Assembly (NCBI GenBank): GCA_015067705.1
Contig: SVLW01000001.1
Span: 8,653 to 72,652, forward strand
Reading direction: 5' to 3'
From: Oscillospiraceae bacterium
Lineage (GTDB): Bacteria > Bacillota > Clostridia > Oscillospirales > QAMX01
DNA: 64,000 bases
Positions 1 to 9,100 of this stretch are shown one piece after another. The notes under the pieces were generated by a model, which saw only the letters and a program-made list of their open reading frames with translations, had not been told where the DNA came from and did not search any database. Made by a program: the position numbers and the translations under genes. The first letter of the stretch is position 1, and each line of letters begins with the position of its first letter.

Positions 1-876
1 GAGGCAGCGGTAGATCTTCTCCGCGGCAGACCGCACACGGACGGATGCGTCGTCGGATATGCGGGCAGGAATGAAGAGGGCGGTGCCTTCGTCGTCGTAT
101 TTTGCCTCGTAGGTATAAAATTCTGCCTGCGGTGCAATCTCACCCACGCAGGAGGTCAGTACTTCGCCGTCGGCGTCGCCAAAGACGGCCACCTCGATCT
201 CCTGACCCACGATGTTTTCCTCAAGCACCAGCTTGCGGTCATACTGCAGCGCGTCCTCGATGCATGCGCGCACTTCCTCGATGGTCTTGGCCTTGCCGAC
301 ACCGATGGAAGAACCGGCGCGGGCGGGCTTTACAAAAAGCGGCAGGCCCAGGGCGGCCACGGCTTCCTCTGCCGTGCGCTGGGGATCCGCCAGATACTTG
401 CGGCGGTGCACTACTACATGACGTGCCTGGGTGATGCCCAGATCGTCTACGAAAAGCTTCGTGATGGCCTTATCCATGGTATTGGCGGAGGCGGCCACGC
501 CGCAGCCCACATAGGGAATACGGGCCAGCTCAAAAAGGCCCTGCATGGTGCCGTCCTCGCCGTTCATGCCGTGGAGAACCGGGAAGATCACATCCACTCG
601 CTCGGTGGTGCCATCCGAGTACATGAGGCCATGCACGCCGGTGTCGGGAGAGATGCAGCAGGGGCGATTGTCCGGATGCTGTTCCCAGGCGCCGCTGCGG
701 ATCTCGGCGGGATCGCCGCCCATATAGCGCAGCCAGCGGCCGTCCCGGGTGATGCCTACGGTGATGACATGGTATTTTTCACGGTCAATCTGATTCAGCA
801 CCGACTCGGTGGAGCGGCAGCTGACTTTATGTTCGGTAGAAGCGCCTCCGAAGAGGACGCAGAGCGTATACTGCAT
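1..876 (-). CDS. ddl: D-alanine--D-alanine ligase; the C-terminus is cut by the window edge
   Basis: Absent from the ORF track because it runs off the window. The reverse-strand translation from ATG 876-874 reads MQYTLCVLFGGASTEHKVSCRSTESVLNQIDR ... RVDVIFPVLHGMNGEDGTMQ, a typical Ddl N-terminus and ATP-grasp core. GGAGG lies about 10 nt upstream. Confidence 0.85.
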   Translation of the reverse strand, partial: MQYTLCVLFGGASTEHKVSCRSTESVLNQIDREKYHVITVGITRDGRWLRYMGGDPAEIRSGAWEQHPDNRPCCISPDTGVHGLMYSDGTTERVDVIFPVLHGMNGEDGTMQGLFELARIPYVGCGVAASANTMDKAITKLFVDDLGITQARHVVVHRRKYLADPQRTAEEAVAALGLPLFVKPARAGSSIGVGKAKTIEEVRACIEDALQYDRKLVLEENIVGQEIEVAVFGDADGEVLTSCVGEIAPQAEFYTYEAKYDDEGTALFIPARISDDASVRVRSAAEKIYRCL

Positions 877-1158
877 GTACGGATTGCCTCCAGTCAAATG
901 TTCGGACGGGAACGTCCGGGATGCTATAATCATACAGTATTATCATAGCACGTATTCCCGAAAAATGCAAACAAAGAGGCAGAAACTTTTGCGCCGGATT
1001 TCAGATTTTTGTCCGCATTCCCCAAGTAAGCGGAAAAATCTGTTCGAAACGGTTGCTTTTTTTGCAGGCAGAGAGTATACTATACACAACTTTGAGCCTT
1101 ATCACCAAATCAGTTGCGCATTCGTTCAGACAGAAAACGGATAAGAGGAGAATACAGT

Positions 1159-2325
1159 ATGAAACAGGGTGCATTTTATACCGGTGAGTACCGGAACGTA
1201 TTAGCAGAGTTCGGCTATGATCCTGCCGAGATCGACCGCCGCGTAGACGCGGCATATGAAGAGATGTTCCACGGCCCCGCCGACCGGGTGCTGTTCCATC
1301 CCGACTGGCCCGACAAGGCCAGCTTTGAGGACACCGGCAACGTAGACGCCCGTACCGAGGGCATGAGCTATTCCATGATGATGGCCGTGCAGATGGATCG
1401 CCAGGACGACTTTGACAAGCTCTGGAATTTCTGCATCACCTTCATGCAGCATAAGGAAGGCCAGTACCGCGGCTATTTTGCATGGACCACGGCGCTGGAC
1501 GGTGTGCGGAATGCTGACGGCCCCGCCCCCGACGGCGAGGAATATTACGCACTGGCCCTCTTCTTCGCTTCCCATCGCTGGGGCGATCGTGAGGCACCCT
1601 ATAACTATTCCGAACAGGCCCGCGCCATTCTCCACGAGTGCGTCCACAAGGGCGAAAACGGCGAGGAAGGCCGCGCCATGTGGGATCCCGATAATTATCT
1701 GATCCGCTTCGTCCCCGAAGCAGACAATACCGACGCTTCCTATCATCTCCCCCATTTCTATGAGCTCTTTGCCCTGTGGGCAAACGAGGAGGATCGTCCC
1801 TTCTGGAAGAAGGCCGCTGAGGAGAGCCGCAAGTATCTCCACAAGGCCTGCCATCCGGTGACCGGTCTGGCTCCCGAATTCGGCAACTTCGACGGCACGC
1901 CCCGGAACTTCATGGGCCGCGGCATCAGCCGTTACTACTCCGACGCCTATCGTGTGCCCGCCAACATCGCCCTGGACTCCCTGTGGTTCAACGTGGATCC
2001 CTGGCAGCACGAGAATAACGGCAAGCTGCAGAAATTCTTCTGCGAGACCGAGCCGGAGCATGACTATCGCGTTTACATGATCGACGGCACCATCGTGGAC
2101 GAGCCCGCCCTCCATCCCGTGGGCATCATCGCCACCAACGCCGAGGCCGCCATCGCTTCTTCTCAGCATCCGGACTATGAAAAGTACGCCCGCGAGTGCG
2201 TGGAGCTTTTCTGGAACACGCCGCTGCGTACCGGCATCCGCCGTTACTACGATAACTGCCTCTATATGTTCGCACTTCTCGCTCTGTCCGGACGCTATCG
2301 CATCTGGTGGCCGAAGGAGAACTAA
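1159..2325 (+). CDS. Glycoside hydrolase family 8, similar to reducing-end xylose-releasing exo-oligoxylanase (Rex)
   Basis: MKQGAFYTGEYRN..., TEGMSYSMMMAV, GPAPDGEEYYALALFFASHRWG and the C-terminal RYYDNCLYMFALL match the GH8/Rex pattern from memory. ATG 1159 is preceded by AAGAGGAG. The track start at 1114 has no RBS. Confidence 0.7.
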   Translation: MKQGAFYTGEYRNVLAEFGYDPAEIDRRVDAAYEEMFHGPADRVLFHPDWPDKASFEDTGNVDARTEGMSYSMMMAVQMDRQDDFDKLWNFCITFMQHKEGQYRGYFAWTTALDGVRNADGPAPDGEEYYALALFFASHRWGDREAPYNYSEQARAILHECVHKGENGEEGRAMWDPDNYLIRFVPEADNTDASYHLPHFYELFALWANEEDRPFWKKAAEESRKYLHKACHPVTGLAPEFGNFDGTPRNFMGRGISRYYSDAYRVPANIALDSLWFNVDPWQHENNGKLQKFFCETEPEHDYRVYMIDGTIVDEPALHPVGIIATNAEAAIASSQHPDYEKYARECVELFWNTPLRTGIRRYYDNCLYMFALLALSGRYRIWWPKEN

Positions 2326-2350
2326 GCGCCGATCCCAAAAGCCGATCCTG

Positions 2351-2382
2351 CGCCCTCCGATTTTTTCGGAGGGCGATTTTTC
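2351..2382 (+). terminator. Rho-independent terminator after the GH8 gene
   Basis: Stem CGCCCTCCGA (2351-2360) pairs with TCGGAGGGCG (2366-2375). The loop is TTTTT and the tail is ATTTTTC. Confidence 0.8.
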
Positions 2383-2505
2383 GCCGAAAATCGGAAAAAA
2401 CCCCGGATGCAACCGCCGGTTGCGGAAAAGAAAGGCCGGATTGGTGGCGCGGTGTGCCGAAATTATGCTATACTGCCCTCAAGATAAGAAAGGAGGCTAC
2501 GGTCT

Positions 2506-3750
2506 ATGGACTTAGGTTCCCGTATACAGACCCTTCGAAAAAAGGCAGGCCTGTCGCAGGAAGCGCTGGCGGACACCCTGGGCATCAGCCGTCAGGCACT
2601 GAGCAAATGGGAGAGCGGCGCGTCGCTGCCCACGCTTGAAAATCTTTTACAGCTTTCAAAGGTATTTGAGATTTCCCTCGACGAACTCATCACCGGAGAA
2701 GTGCCCCCGCCCGCCGGAGAGAATGCCCCGGATACAGCGGTGCGGCAGGAAACCCTGGAGGCGCTTTTACAGCACATGGAGTCCGGCCGGCGAAAGTCCG
2801 GCATCTGGCTGACGGCGCTGTGTGCGGTCTTTGCTGCAGTCGCGCTGAGCGCCGGAATTTATGCTGGGATGCGCACGGCGTTTTTAGAGTCAGAGCTCCA
2901 GAACATGAACCAGCGCATTGTGGAACAAAATAATACCATCAATTCGATTTACCAGAATGTGCAGGCGCAGATGGAAGATACGGCCATGATGGAAGAACTG
3001 AGGAATCAGGACTACACCTTCCGTCATGAGGTCACCGGATATAACCGTGAACGAGATACCGTAAGTATCTCATTCACACTGACCCCTAAGAAATACCACG
3101 TAGATGATCAGGTAGAGTTCCTTCTGACACCAATAAGAGGCGCTGATTCTACCGAAGGGTATTTAGAAGAAATGATTGTGGTTCCGGCTGTACTCCAGGA
3201 CGAACGCTACATTGCAGAAACGGAGATTCCCATTGTAAACGTTATGGGTGTTTTTCTGCGCAGAACCTCCAAAGACGGCAACGTAACACAGGAGTTCCTC
3301 ACTCATGAGAGCAACATAGCTGAGTATTGGGTTCCCAGTCTCGAAGTAGAAAACTATATGTTTACATTTGAGAAAACCAGCGATAAGATCATTTTGTGGG
3401 GAAAGCCCTATGTGACAGTTCATCTTCCCAGTATGGATCCGCGCGGTTGGAACGCCAAGCTGGTATCCACTCTAACTTATGGAGATCAGGTGATCTATAC
3501 GGAAAGTATCGATCTGGACGAATGGCACAAGGAAGTGATGGACAATTCCACAAAAGGAATGGATCCCGAAGAGAAAAAAGACTTTTTAGAATCAAACATT
3601 CACGCCACTACGTGTGAATTCATAATGAACGACGAGTCTTACCGCGATATGGAACTGGATTTGATCGAGGGTGGAGAGCTCACCTGGACTTTCCAACTCA
3701 TCTACGACGACGGCGAGACCTATGAGGAAGAACTCTCCTGGCGCACTTAA
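2506..3750 (+). CDS. Membrane-anchored XRE-family HTH regulator with an uncharacterised extracytoplasmic domain
   Basis: The N-terminus LGSRIQTLRKKAGLSQEALADTLGISRQALSKWESG is a Cro/C1 HTH. A single TM helix follows (IWLTALCAVFAAVALSAGIYAG), then about 290 aa with no motif I recognise. AGGAGG lies 9 nt upstream of the ATG. Confidence 0.7.
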   Translation: MDLGSRIQTLRKKAGLSQEALADTLGISRQALSKWESGASLPTLENLLQLSKVFEISLDELITGEVPPPAGENAPDTAVRQETLEALLQHMESGRRKSGIWLTALCAVFAAVALSAGIYAGMRTAFLESELQNMNQRIVEQNNTINSIYQNVQAQMEDTAMMEELRNQDYTFRHEVTGYNRERDTVSISFTLTPKKYHVDDQVEFLLTPIRGADSTEGYLEEMIVVPAVLQDERYIAETEIPIVNVMGVFLRRTSKDGNVTQEFLTHESNIAEYWVPSLEVENYMFTFEKTSDKIILWGKPYVTVHLPSMDPRGWNAKLVSTLTYGDQVIYTESIDLDEWHKEVMDNSTKGMDPEEKKDFLESNIHATTCEFIMNDESYRDMELDLIEGGELTWTFQLIYDDGETYEEELSWRT

Positions 3751-3759
3751 TATCTGACG

Positions 3760-3790
3760 AATCCCCCGTCATCGGCGGGGGATTTTTTCT
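3760..3790 (+). terminator. Rho-independent terminator
   Basis: AATCCCCCG (3760-3768) pairs with CGGGGGATT (3776-3784), followed by a T-run. Confidence 0.8.
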
Positions 3791-3868
3791 TGCCCGCAGA
3801 ATGAGACACATAAATCCGCGCCGGGCCGCTATACTGGGTAGCAGCAGATGACGAAGGAGGCGGGCGGG

Positions 3869-4711
3869 ATGGTGGTCTATTTGGATGAGCTCCTGTTCTT
3901 AAATCTCTTCGTCAACTATTTCCTGCTGCTCTCCGCCGGGATGCTCTCAGGCACGAAGCTGCGGCGGGGCAGGATCTTCTGCGGGGCGCTTTTCGGCGCG
4001 GGGTATGCGTGTCTGGAGTTTTTCCCGGACTGTGCGCCGCTTTTCTCCCTCTGGGGAAAGGCGGCGGTGTCGGTGGGGATGTGCCTCATGGCGTATGGAT
4101 ATGACGGCGTGGGGCGGATGCTGCGGCGGACGCTGGGGTTTTATCTGGTGGGATTCCTCTTTGCGGGACTGATGCTGCTGCTCTTCCGGGGGAAGGGCGG
4201 CGCGGTGATGGCCTCCCTGGATACCGGGGTATTGCTGGCCGCGGCGGCAGGGGCGTATCTCCTGCTGACGCTTCTGCGGGGCACTCCGGCGCTGCAGGAG
4301 GAAAAACCGCCGCAGGCCGCCGTCACGCTGACGCTCTTTGGCAGCACCGTGACGCTGGCGGCACTGCTTGACACCGGCAACCGCCTGCGGGATCCCCTCA
4401 CCAATGACCGGGTGCTCATTGCAGAGCGAAGGCAGATTCAGGACATTTTCCCGCCGGGGCTGCGGCGGCATCTCGCGCTCTTCGGCGTGGCGGATGCGGC
4501 GGCGGCACTGCGTATTCTGGCGGCGGCGGGCTACGGCGCGGGATTCCGGCTGATCCCCTACTCCGCCCTTGGGACGCAGAACGGCCTGCTGCTGGCGCTG
4601 CGGCCCGACCGGGTGGAGGTGGACGGGCGGGAGCTCCGGGACGTACTGGTGGCGCTGACGGAGCAGGAGCTACAAAACGACACAGGCTGCAGCGCGATCT
4701 TAGGTGCATGA
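3869..4711 (+). CDS. spoIIGA: Sigma-E processing aspartic peptidase SpoIIGA
   Basis: Multi-pass TM N-terminal half. The C-terminal half carries the [13 protein letters not shown] (DTG) motif. It sits immediately upstream of sigE. ATG 3869 has GAAGGAGG 8 nt upstream, and the track start at 3848 is also possible. Confidence 0.85.
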   Translation: MVVYLDELLFLNLFVNYFLLLSAGMLSGTKLRRGRIFCGALFGAGYACLEFFPDCAPLFSLWGKAAVSVGMCLMAYGYDGVGRMLRRTLGFYLVGFLFAGLMLLLFRGKGGAVMASLDTGVLLAAAAGAYLLLTLLRGTPALQEEKPPQAAVTLTLFGSTVTLAALLDTGNRLRDPLTNDRVLIAERRQIQDIFPPGLRRHLALFGVADAAAALRILAAAGYGAGFRLIPYSALGTQNGLLLALRPDRVEVDGRELRDVLVALTEQELQNDTGCSAILGA

Positions 4712-4727
4712 GAAGGAGGAAAGGCAG

Positions 4728-5447
4728 ATGCGAATCGGAACTCTTTTAGGGAGACTGCGGGCATTCTTTCAGATCATTCGGGCAAGGCGGTACCGCCGGC
4801 CCGGCAGTATCTTCTATATCGGCGGGGCGGAGAGCCTGCCGCAGCCCTTGTCGCCGGAGGAGGAGCGCAGTTATCTGGCCCGCTACGGCGAGGCGGAGGT
4901 GCTGCAGATTTTCATTGAGCGGAATCTGCGTCTGGTGGTGTACATCGCCCGGAAGTTTGAGAACACCAATATTTCTATCGAGGATCTCATCTCCATCGGC
5001 ACCATCGGCCTCATCAAGGCCGCCAATACCTATAACCCCGAAAAAAGCATCAAATTCGCCACCTATGCCTCCCGCTGCATCGAAAATGAAATCCTCATGT
5101 TCCTCCGGAAAAATGCCAACCGCAAGCAGGAGATCTCCATTGACGAGCCCCTGAACACCGACGGCGACGGCAATGAGCTGCTGCTCTCGGACATTCTGGG
5201 CACGGAGCCGGACAGCGTGGTGCGGCCGCTGGAGGACGACGCCGACCGCCAGCTTCTGGCCCAGGCGCTCTCTCATCTGGGGGAGCGGGAGCGACTGATC
5301 ATCTCCCTGCGCTTCGGTCTGGGCGGCGTGCAGGAGCGCACGCAAAAGGAGGTGGCGGAGCTCATGGGCATCTCCCAGTCCTATATCTCTCGGCTGGAGA
5401 AAAAGATCCTGGCAAAGCTGCGGGCCGACATGGTGCGCATGATGTGA
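4728..5447 (+). CDS. sigE: Sporulation sigma factor E (pro-sigma-E)
   Basis: Pro-sequence plus [13 protein letters not shown], region 2 ([44 protein letters not shown]) and region 4 ([21 protein letters not shown]). ATG 4728 follows GGAGGAAAGG. The track start at 4704 is a GTG inside the spoIIGA 3' end. Confidence 0.9.
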   Translation: MRIGTLLGRLRAFFQIIRARRYRRPGSIFYIGGAESLPQPLSPEEERSYLARYGEAEVLQIFIERNLRLVVYIARKFENTNISIEDLISIGTIGLIKAANTYNPEKSIKFATYASRCIENEILMFLRKNANRKQEISIDEPLNTDGDGNELLLSDILGTEPDSVVRPLEDDADRQLLAQALSHLGERERLIISLRFGLGGVQERTQKEVAELMGISQSYISRLEKKILAKLRADMVRMM

Positions 5448-5451
5448 AATC

Positions 5452-5500
5452 AACCGCCGGATTCGCGCGAGCTACGCGGATCCGGCGGTTTTTCTTTTTT
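5452..5500 (+). terminator. Rho-independent terminator after sigE
   Basis: AACCGCCGGA (5452-5461) pairs with TCCGGCGGTT (5481-5490), followed by TTTTCTTTTTT. Confidence 0.85.
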
Positions 5501-5540
5501 ATGGGACCGTGCTGTGCTATACTGAAGAGGAAAGATCTGC

Positions 5541-5567
5541 TGTAACATTTGGTTCATACCTTTCGTC
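5541..5567 (+). promoter_or_regulatory. ECF-type promoter candidate (TGTAAC-N17-CGTC)
   Basis: TGTAAC at 5541-5546 and CGTC at 5564-5567 are separated by 17 nt. The site lies about 45 nt upstream of the ECF sigma gene. It resembles the AAC / CGT(C/A) architecture of Bacillus SigX/SigM/SigW-class promoters, which are usually autoregulated. Confidence 0.5.
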
Positions 5568-5610
5568 TAATGATTGAACATCCGATCATCGATACTGCAG
5601 GAGGATGACA

Positions 5611-6135
5611 GTGCTGTTTTTACCAATGGAACCAGGGCTTCCGGATCTTGACAGGATCATGGAAGATTACGGTACGGGCTTACTCAGGCTTTGTACCCTA
5701 TATTTGAAAGACCATCATCTGGCGCAGGATGCGGTGCAGGAGACTTTTATCAAAGTCTATGCCAAGTATTCCTCCTTCCGCTCGGAATCCAGCGAAAAAA
5801 CCTGGATCACCCGGATCGCCATGAATGTCTGCCGGGATATGATGCGAAAGCGCGCCTATCGGGAGCGCCCGGAGGAATTTTCCGAATACATGGCCGCCGA
5901 TGCCAGCGGCACACCGGAGGAAAGCGCCATCGACCGGGACGAGAGCATCATGCTGCTGGACGCGATCCGCCGTCTGCCGGATATCTACCGACAGACGATC
6001 CTTCTATACTACTACAAAGGCTTCAAGGCCGATGAGATCGCAAAAATCCAGCATACCGCCCGGTCTACCGTCAACGTCCGGCTGAAGCGCGGGCGGGATA
6101 TGCTGCGTACCATGCTGAAGGACGACACGATTTGA
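5611..6135 (+). CDS. ECF (sigma-70 family group 4) RNA polymerase sigma factor
   Basis: Region 2 is AQDAVQETFIKVYAKYSSFRSESSEKTWITRIAMNVCRDMMRK. Region 4 is LPDIYRQTILLYYYKGFKADEIAKIQHTARSTVNVRLKRGRDML. There is no region 3. ATG 5605 abuts GGAGG with zero spacing, so GTG 5611 (6-nt spacing) is preferred. Confidence 0.85.
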   Translation: MLFLPMEPGLPDLDRIMEDYGTGLLRLCTLYLKDHHLAQDAVQETFIKVYAKYSSFRSESSEKTWITRIAMNVCRDMMRKRAYRERPEEFSEYMAADASGTPEESAIDRDESIMLLDAIRRLPDIYRQTILLYYYKGFKADEIAKIQHTARSTVNVRLKRGRDMLRTMLKDDTI

Positions 6136-6154
6136 GAGGGGTTCGGAGGAACAT

Positions 6155-9100
6155 ATGAGTAAACTGGATCAATTAAGAGAGATCATCGAGGATCATTTAC
6201 GGAATGTCACCATGACCGAATCCGATCGCGCGGCCGTGCGCCGCAGAATCGCAGAGCAGGCGGTGGACAAACGAAAAAATCCCGGATACGGCTGGTATCT
6301 GGCCTCGGCGGGCATGGCGGCGGCCTGTATATTGGCGGTGGTGTTGGTATGGCCGTCGCTGCCCCGTGCTGGAGAGATGGCCCCGGATGCGGAGAGCGAC
6401 CGCCTGGTGACGGAATCCACCGGGGACGGCATCGGTGCAGCGCAGGAGCGGCCCATGGACTCCGCCGCTGCGACCACGGACGGCATGTCGTTTGATGTTC
6501 TGGCTGCAGCCAGAACATCCGGCGTCGTGACGCCGGACACCGCATTTTTCATCGACGTGACCGGCGGGACGATGGCAGCGGACGAACTAGAAGCGCGAAT
6601 CACCATGGAGCCCGCGGTGGAATTCACCGTGGTGCCGGAAACGGAGACCCGCTATTGCCTGACGCCGGCAGAGCCTCTGCCGAACGGCGAGGTAGTGCGG
6701 CTGTCCATTGCAAAAGACGACGGTTCCTCTCTGTCCTGGGCCTTCCAGACAGAGGCATCCTTACAGATTTTATCCACGCTGCCGGGCAATGAAGCCACCA
6801 GTGTTTCTTTGGATTACGGCAGTATGCCTGCAGAGGACGGCACCGTGCCTGTAGAGACCGGCATTGAGATCAATTTCTCCCGCATTGTGTCGGATGGCGC
6901 GGCGGAACACTTCACCATCTCTCCGGAGACGCCCGGCGCGTTCCGGTATTACGGCAAGACGCTGGCCTTCGTGCCGGAGGAGCCTCTGCGTGCCGATACG
7001 GTATACACCGTCACGGTGGGCGCGGGCCTGACCGCGGATTCCGGCGAGGTGCTGAACGATGACTATACCTTCTCCTTCCGCACGTCGGAATATTATTATT
7101 CCGCAGGGCAGTATTTCACCCTGGCAAACCGTGTGACGGAGAGCTATCTCCCCGGAGATCCGGTGTCCATAGGTGTCACGGCCTCCGAGGATCTGACAAC
7201 GGCACAGGTGAAGCTGTGGCGGGTGAATAGCGCAGAAGAATATCTGTCGCTGGCCGAGGAAATGATCGTCGGCGTGCATCCCACCCTGGGCCGTCTGGGT
7301 GACGGCAGAGTGGAGACGAGTGGACTCCCCCTCCTGGAGGAATTTGACGCAGAGATTCTCAGAACCGAGACCTCTTACTGGTACGGCGGCGTCAGCTATG
7401 TCCTGCTGCCGGAGCTTGAGGTCGGCTGGTATCTGGCGGAGCTTTCCGCCGCGGATCATGAGGGCGGCGTCCATACCATTCAGAAGCTCATTCAGGTGCA
7501 CCCCCTGGCAATTTATTATCAGAGCATTGGCGACGAAACCATCGTTTGGGTGAATGATACGACAAGCGGCAGAACCCTTTCCGGCGTCAGTGTCCAGCTC
7601 ACGGCAGACGACGTGACGGAGGCAGTTATGACCGACGCCAGCGGCCTGGCGAAGCTGCACGGCTGTACGGACGCGCGGGGCTATGCCCGACTGGAAGTGA
7701 AGAGCGATGCAGGCGTGTACGCCGATCTGGTGGAGACTGCTGCGGCAGTCGAGACCGATGTAGCCCAGGACTTCCGGCGCTTTGTCTACCTGGATCGGGC
7801 GGTGTACCAGCCCACGGACACCGTGCGGTTCTGGGGAATATTACAGCCCATCCGGGGCGCGGCGCTGCCGGAACGATTGGACGTCATGCTGTCCGGCTCC
7901 GGTGAGCCTGTGAAGGTGGGAACCGTGGAAGTGGCTGCCGACGGCAGCTTTACCGGCAGCGTCTCCTTTGAAAACCGCATTTCCGGCTATACCGTGCTGT
8001 CCTTCTGGCAGGACGGAGTGTACTATGCCGGCGCCCAGTATGAAGTGATGGCCTATCAGAAGCCCGCGTATCTTCTGGAGGCGGCGTTCGACCAGCCCTA
8101 TTACCGCCGGAATGAGGAAATGACGGTGCATGTCTCCGCCAGTTTCTATGACGGCACGCCCGCCGCGGGCCTGGGCGTCAGTGTATCGGCGGACACGGGC
8201 TATTCCCTGACCATGGATGAAAACGGCCAGGGAGAAACCACCATAGAGCCCCGCATTTACCAGGACGACTGGCGGCCCACCTCTCAGCACATCACCGCCA
8301 TGAATACCGGCTCTGAGAACGTGTATGTCTCCGCTTATGACGCGGCCTATTATTTCCCCAGTGACTATATGCTGACGGCGGAGGCCGTGGAGCCCGGCGC
8401 TCTGCAGGTGGAACTCCTTGCCAATGCCATTGATTTTACAAAGGTTCCGGACTATCTGGATGGCGGCCTGATGGATCAGGATATGCTGCGGGGCGACGCT
8501 GCGGTCATCCACGGCACGGCGGAGCTCTGGGGATGCTGGTACGAAAAGGTGGAGACCGGCCGCGAATATGACCCCATCAATAAAGTCAGCGTGCCGACCT
8601 ATGACTATATCCTCCACGAGGATCTGCTCTCCGAAGAGCAGTTTACCACGGATAACGGGCGATCTCTCACCGGCGGATACCAGCCGCAGGCAGACGATCC
8701 CTATACCTATTACCGCATGGAGCTCCGCTACGACACGCCGGATGGGCAGAATTTCTCCACGGAGCTTGCCCTCACCACCCATTTCTATCCGGGCAATTAC
8801 TATTCCGGCTATCATCTGGTGGAACAGCATATCGACCGGCGTGATCTGGGGCTTGGGGAAACGGCCCGGCTGCAGCTATACAGCACCGATGCCGTATCGG
8901 ATGGACAGCTTCTGGTGATCCCCACCACAGACCGGATGCTGGGTTATTCCTTTGCCGAACCGGAGGATGTTTCCGTCACCTTCACGGCGGAGATGATCCC
9001 CAATGTGTCGCTTTTCTGCGCGTATTTCGACGGACGGCATATTTATGCGGTGCAGGAATACCGGCTTTTCTATGACCGGACGGAGCGGGAACTGGCAGTA

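Noticed and set aside
1201-2412. Long antisense or overlapping ORFs throughout the track, for example 1201-2412(-), 17244-18500(+), 36266-37606(+), 41767-42483(+), 47087-48814(+) and 52377-53444(+).
   Set aside because: They lie opposite genes with unmistakable conserved products (GH8, M28/GH127, FtsZ, FtsW, PBP, UvrC). Their translations are Arg/Gly/Ala/His-rich and low-complexity. They lack an RBS. These are typical shadow ORFs of high-GC DNA.
3791-3847. A Spo0A-dependent spoIIG-type promoter (GAGACA, 21 nt, TATACT, with a 0A-like TGAGACA).
   Set aside because: The wide spacing is reminiscent of the Bacillus spoIIG promoter. However, the 0A-box match is only 5/7 and the -35 match only 4/6. 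It is noted as a possibility but not called as a feature.
5605-6135. Whether the sigma gene after sigE could be sigG.
   Set aside because: It is only about 175 aa, has regions 2 and 4 only, and has an ECF-type promoter upstream. SigG is a ~255-aa group 3 sigma with region 3 and a very different, highly conserved sequence.
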